A DNA stretch of 63,700 nucleotides, the filler included, from Pelomyxa schiedti (lineage: Eukaryota > Protista > Evosea), in NCBI GenBank assembly GCA_020536535.1. It is 10 parts of 10 records of this genome, joined end to end, with 100 filler letters (N's around TTAATTAATTAA, not from the genome) between each part and the next. Parts side by side here need not be neighbours in the genome. Positions count along the whole stretch, not along the records: positions 48,045 to 63,700 come from JAHLWZ010001152.1; 9 more parts are not named here. The stretch is one strand, 5' to 3'. A program made the position numbers and the translations under genes. Positions 58,090-63,700 of this stretch are shown piece after piece. The notes beneath the pieces were generated by a model, which had not been told where the DNA came from, searched no databases, and saw only the letters and a list, made by a program, of their open reading frames with translations. How positions within the stretch are numbered: the first letter of the stretch is position 1; every line of letters begins with the position of its first letter.

Positions 58090-58999
58090 CCTTCCTGTTC
58101 TTACGCCACGACGCCTTCAATCAAAACAAAAGCCTGTTGGAAAAACGAAACGAGAAGTGCAGGTGTTTGTTCATTGATGATCGTTGCTGGCGGGAATCAA
58201 GTCACGGGCACTACGACGCAACGAGTGCTCACGCCAGGGGCCGCGAGGCTGGTTTGCAACCGCGCGAACGTGAAGTTCTTTGGCCACAGACACAGCCGCG
58301 GCGGGGAATGGCCCAGCCTCGGCGTCACCTGCTACGTGAGGCAATCCCACAATGGCGATGAGGGGAGTGCGGCCGGCGGTGTTGAGCGCGGCGATGACGA
58401 CAACGATGCACAGGCGCCGGCGCTTGCTGTGGGGGTTGTGTCGGTTCACCAAAGGGTTTGCGTTGGGCCTCTGGCCGCGATAGGCGAAAGTGAAACGACT
58501 ACGAGTGACGAAAGTGAGTGTGAGGGCGGCCTCATGTTCCCACCGGCCGAGGGAGAAACTGAATTGTGGGATGTGGGCATGAGGGTTTCCTGCGCCTTGA
58601 TTGCGTCGAGAGGAGGACGGAGGGCACTGAGCGGCGGCGAATTTGGGCTGGTGTTTGTGGACGCAGTCCTTGTTACAGAGGGTAATTATGGGTCGGAGTT
58701 GACTGATTGAGTTCACATTGGTCTTATATCCCCATTTTTTGAGGTGAGGTAACGGAAAAGTAGGTGTGAGGAAAGAACTCTATGTGATTGGAATAGGATT
58801 GAGCTGTGGGTTGACTGGTGATTTTTGCAGGCACCCTTTATCCAGAGTGCTTTGTGGCAGGGTTTGTGGATGTGAATACGTGTATACTTCACTTGGCCAG
58901 ATCAACTGCGTTGTTGGGGGCACATGTGATGCGCGGTGGTGCCTGCTGGCCACTGTAAAGATTCCTCAGCGGTTTCCTATTGGTGATTTCATTTTCGCA

Positions 59000-60986
59000 A
59001 TGAAGGCACAAAATCTGTCACTTTCCTCGGAAACGAATGGAACTGGAGTGGTTCTGTTATGCCCACAGCTGGAGCACTTGAGTATCCAAGTATGTTGCAT
59101 TGGGGAAACCTCTGAAAGTGCGTTATCAAAGTATCGTCACACAGCACAAATTGCATCAGCTTTATGTAATGTTACCGTCTCCCTTGATGCAAGTTTTGGT
59201 TCGCACCCATTCTTCAGTACTTCTGTACTGACAGCATCTTCCTGGTCGGTGACTCATGGCCTGTTTATGATGGGCAAATCAAGGGACATCAAAGTAGGGA
59301 TTCACAGTGCACCTTACTCTTTGTCACCCTTCCCATGGCCAAGGAAAATGTTCGAAAAAGCCCAAAGTCTTGCAATGATATTCAACAGACTGTTTCACTC
59401 TATTTGTGCAGTTCCTTCATTTATTACAGGAGTGCTTCAGAAGTGAGTGTTGAAGAATTGAGCCTGGCTTTTAAAACAATTACAGATGTCACGATGATTC
59501 CTTGATTCAACGACTTTTATCTATTCATAGTTACATCAATGGGCACCCGAGCTCTCAGGTGCTTCACTGTTTATTACAGAGTACTCCCTTACTTCAAAAA
59601 AACCACAGGAAATCGAACTATGCATATCCCGCGTTGACTATATGCTGGACTGTAGTAGCAAAGGCAAGTGTGAACTAAAACACGTGGAATCCAATACTAC
59701 ATCTGCTGCATTTTCTCATTTTGGAAGTCTGGTATCCGACTTGCACAGGTTTGCTTTGTTCATCAAAGTGAAGACTTATAAGTCTCCCTTAGATATCTGT
59801 GCGAAACCCATCTTGTTCAATTGCCATACAGAAACTGTGTCTTGCCTCCAAATATAAGTCACATTAAGATTCCCAATAGCCTGGCTCATGCTTTTCGTCT
59901 TTATCAAATCGAGAGGCCTGCCAATAGTGCTGTTAACACTACACAAACTATCTGCATCATCGTTTCCACCTCTGAGCAGAATTGCTATGAGCAAAGGGCA
60001 ATTGAATTCCTTCTCTGGGAAATCCACCACATTTCGGTAAAGAGATATACTCTGGAAGAAGTAGCACTCAGGGGACAACTGATAGGGGAAAAGCGGCTTC
60101 TCATCATGTGAGTGGTAAAAACTCGTTTTGCTAGGTTTCACGGCATGCCAGAGATGGATGCGTGGAGGTTGCTGTGTCATATTATAGGATAGGCATGTAA
60201 GCACTCTCTCCCCTTGATTAACCTTGCTTTGTAGGATACAGTTTGTCCTCAGATTTAGAGTTCAAGGCGGTAGAAATGATAGAGCAATCCTATGCTATTA
60301 AATGTCCAACGCTGGTGATGTTACTTTTGGGTACGAAAAAAGTGCAAGAAAGGTTGGCTGATCCTGGTGTTCTTGAAAGGTAACTACACATCTTGTTCTG
60401 TTGCAAACCAAAAAACTTTTCTCCGAACTCCAACTTAAGGTTTCTGACGAGCCCTTCGGATCAAAAAACTTGCAAAGAGTGCTTCACTGCTTTTCTTGAC
60501 GTGGAAAATCCCCAGTCTGTGCAGCAAGCTATTAAAGATCCCAATGATTGGGTGATGAAACGTCAACGCGGAGGAGGGGGCAATAATCTCTTCGGGAAAC
60601 AAATGGTTGAAGCACTCGAGTCTTCCGCGATAAGTAGGTTGTTCTTTAAATACTACCTTGGCACTTAAATAACATACATCAATTAGTTACACTATTCAGA
60701 AGTTGATCAAGCCAAAGGCCAGGTCCACTTGGGTTATGACACCCACAAATGACTTGCCTACTCTCTTCAACGCCGTGAGTGAGCTTGGCATTTTTGGAGT
60801 TCTTATAAGGTTGCATGTTTAATAAGTAGTACCAATTCGGTTCACTCCCGCACTAGGAACAAGAGAACTCAACAGGAAATTGTTAACGAAGCAGCCGGAC
60901 ACCTTCTCCGCACCAAGGACATATCATCCTCCGATGGTGGCGTATGCAATGGCTTAGCTGTTCTAGACTCACCTGTTCTTATCTAA
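59000..60986 (+). CDS. GSS: Eukaryotic-type glutathione synthetase (divergent), spliced; start uncertain
   Basis: THGLFM...HSAPYSLSPFPWPRKMFEKAQ...FNRL, SRVDYM, KHVESNTTSAAF, EQNCYEQRAIE, YYRIG, AIKCPT...LLGTKKVQ, WVMKRQRGGGGNN, SELGIFG, GHLLRTK, DGGVCNGLAVLDSP. Confidence 0.9.
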
Positions 60987-61191
60987 TTCCTTACACTGCT
61001 CTCTTTGCCTTAAGTTGCATTCATCAAAACACGGTAACATCCACAGTACCAGATACCCAAACTACCATAAATTGAACGATGTAATTCTCAAAAAGAAAAA
61101 AAGTTCAGCACATAGAGTGCTAACAAGTGGTTATAACACAGTCTTGCCAAAACCAAAACAACGGTTCGAGGGTGAGAAACGGCAACGCGCA

Positions 61192-61648
61192 CAAGTGTCA
61201 AACACACCAGAGAGTCTAGGATTTGGTTAGATGAGGAGTCATAATTCGTGAATGGGTTGAAACCTTTCAAAAGATCCATCCACTTCCCGATTTTCGTAAG
61301 GGCAATAATAGGTATACAGGAGTATGAGGTCCAAAAAGGTATAAAAGTAAAGCAGCTAGAAAGGGAATGCAAGGGACGATAGTGGTGGTGTTGTGTTATA
61401 AATATTATGGGTGCCCGGGACGATATTAGTAAGTGTGGTGTGTTTATCGCTGTCAAGGAAACAACGAGAAGAAGGAACTACTTGGCAAAAGGGTAGACCA
61501 TGTGTTTCTTTGCTCAAAGTAAACATAAACATCCACCAATCTTCGCGGGAATGTGAGATTGAAACAAAGCAAGTGTCAAACACACCAGAGAGTCTAGGAT
61601 TTGGTTAGATGAGGAGTCATAATTCGTGAATGGGTTGAAACCTTTCAA
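61192..61648 (+). repeat. Exact 79-bp direct repeat (61192-61270, 61570-61648)
   Basis: CAAGTGTCAAACACACCAGAGAGTCTAGG...GGGTTGAAACCTTTCAA occurs twice with no mismatch seen. Confidence 0.93.
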
Positions 61649-63700
61649 GGAGCCACCACGTGCTAATGCAGAGTTATCAAATTGACACTGCCGTTCCTCC
61701 CTCTATTCGCACTACGTGCACCCACGCTCCAAACAGTTATCACCACTATCGTACATTGCATTCCCTTCAGCTGTTTTACTTGTACTGGTGCAAGTAGGCA
61801 GAAAAATATGTTTCTTTGTCTACGGAATTGCTGTTAGTGCAATGCAGAGCATAGTGAGAAAACACGACAACGACTTTGGTGTCACCAGAAAAAAGAAAGA
61901 GGGGGGTGGGGAAAAAAACCACAACATAAAACAATTTATACCAAAGAGAACGTGCCTATACGTAGGTCTTGCCTACACGTCGGTCATATGCCCTTGACTG
62001 TGCGTGCGTTTCAGTTTTTTAATAAAAAAATGCCGAAATGCCTCTCGAGGGGAATATAAAGAGCCGAAAATTGCAACTGAGCTAGTTGCAGATCAGTTGC
62101 AGATCTTCATCTATTTTAGTTTTGAGCGTCGTTACATATTTAATGTGTCAACATCGCTGACACACCTCAGAAATAAACAACATGCGGTGCCACGCACGTA
62201 CGGAGTGGGTGCCGGTCATAGTGTCGGCGAGGCTGAGATCTTGAGGCAGATGAATCTTGATCTTGGTACAATACTTACGTAAGCTGCGTGATGAGTTGGG
62301 GAGTGAGGGACCTTGGATGAAGTGGCGTGAAGGCTGGAGGACTGCGGATCTTCTTGTTTGGGTCGTGGTCGTACTCGTATGTATCGTCTGTGTGGACCAT
62401 GTGCAACCTCTTCTCGGTGCGGTTTTTGTGGCATATAGTTTCTATTGGTACTCCACAGAAATCACTTGTTTGGACTGGGTGTATGACCACATTTTTTACT
62501 GGCGTCAAATTTGGACAAACAAATTTGTGGTATGCTGGCGTGTGCACAGAAATGGCACTGAACATCATGTCATTCACGTTTTGTGTGTTTTTTATGCCAG
62601 GGTCGGTGACCACACATCATCCAAGTTGGGTTTGTTTGAAACAAATCCGGCTGGCCGTTGGGCCATCAAAACCTTACGGAACCCAACAAGAATGAGCGAG
62701 CTGAGTCCTAATGCTGCCACCATACCACCATTCCTTTCTGAGCATTGATACTGGGTTGTGGTGCACTTCAACTCATTGCGTGCAACATGAATTTTCTGCA
62801 TCCCTCGGGATGCCTCAACGGGTGCATAATTTGAATTGGTACATGCGTACAACTGTTGGCAACTAACAAGTTTGGGCACATATTATGAAAAAAGCTCTTA
62901 GACAGGTGAGTTCCGTAAATTGAAGGCAAGTGCAAAATAGACTTTGATAAAGACCTTGTATTAAATCAACTCCACTAACAAACACCAATTCCTGTTTCCA
63001 TGGATAACAGCGGGACTAGTATTTATCACAGAATTGAGTCCTACTTCAGTGCCGGTCACTCGCACTTCTTTTGTAGAGCTTCATGCAGTTCCTTCAGGCA
63101 ATTCATGTTGAAATTCGCCCCTTAGTAACAATAGTTAAGGTGAGGTCCTGAGAGTTTTTACTTGTCTCTATGTCATTGGGTAAGTCTAGTACATTCCTCA
63201 CTGTAATTCCACAGCCACTGCCATCTCAGGCTTCTCCTGAAGTTAAGGGCCCAAAGGAAACGGAGCGGTGATCATTCTCACGTCGTTGCTACGAGGGCTG
63301 AAGCGGAGTGCCAGCAGCCACCTATAACTATTCTCCAGAATCCTGTGTATTCTTCTGCTACTTAGTGTGCTGCACAAGCGTGGACTCTGAGGTATCTATC
63401 TCGCTTAGGTGAACCCACCGCAAATAGGCCCGACCACGTGTGTGAACGGCAATCGCCTTTTTTCAGAGGTGACCCACGCACCACTCTCCAGATTCTCTTG
63501 TTGTGCAGCTTTTCGTGAATGCTAAGAAAATTAAATTTCAGATTTTTTTCCCCGTTTGATGTCCACGAGGACGTACCGAACCGGCGGCCGCCGAGCGCCG
63601 TCGACGGCGTCGGCAGAAAAGGCCCTGGCGATAACCGATCCACTGGACTTATGGGAGCCCACCAACAAACGCAAGACCGAGCACCACCTCCCAGACCACG

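Noticed and set aside
59460-59570. Apparent in-frame TGA inside GSS (ATT CCT TGA)
   Set aside because: Correct splicing (AA|gt...ag|A TGT CAC GAT GAT TCC) uses another frame (KCHDDSLIQRLL), so there is no recoding.
61650-63700. Overlapping ORFs on both strands at the window end, and CCTTAAC U12-like branch motifs on the minus strand
   Set aside because: No recognisable domain or consistent gene model, and no matching U12 donor upstream of the branch motifs.

Overview
This is eukaryotic nuclear DNA, not prokaryotic. It consists of ten assembly segments joined by nine artificial 100-nt linkers (N44-TTAATTAATTAA-N44). It is gene-dense, and conserved genes are split by many short GT-AG introns (mostly 30-60 nt), so the six-frame ORF track shows only exon fragments; the gene models below were spliced by eye and their boundaries are approximate. 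Intron style and lineage-expanded families suggest an anaerobic amoebozoan such as Pelomyxa (inference, not a database result). Recognisable genes: DDX46 C-terminus, WrbA-type flavodoxin, a DIL-domain coiled-coil protein, FrnE/DsbA oxidoreductase, ankyrin-like repeat protein, ZRSR2/U2AF35-family factor, prokaryotic-type AMMECR1 protein, KCTD-type BTB protein, a ubiquitin-binding/WW/PARP-like fusion, GH114, an R-SNARE, a DOMON-ferric reductase, CNOT9, RasGEF, sedolisin, RS-cyclophilin, a class III nucleotide cyclase, an ependymin-like protein and glutathione synthetase. The strongest hidden signal is an in-frame TGA at the first Cys of the FrnE/DsbA CxxC motif (SDII-U-PWC, 12357-12359), which makes it a candidate selenoprotein missed by ORF callers. 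Also notable: a glutathione synthetase with rewired active-site loops, the UIM/MIU-WW-PARP fusion, two ~240-nt fold-back inverted repeats, a duplicated co-varying hairpin, and a ~102-bp satellite with a variable triplet held between AG and GT.
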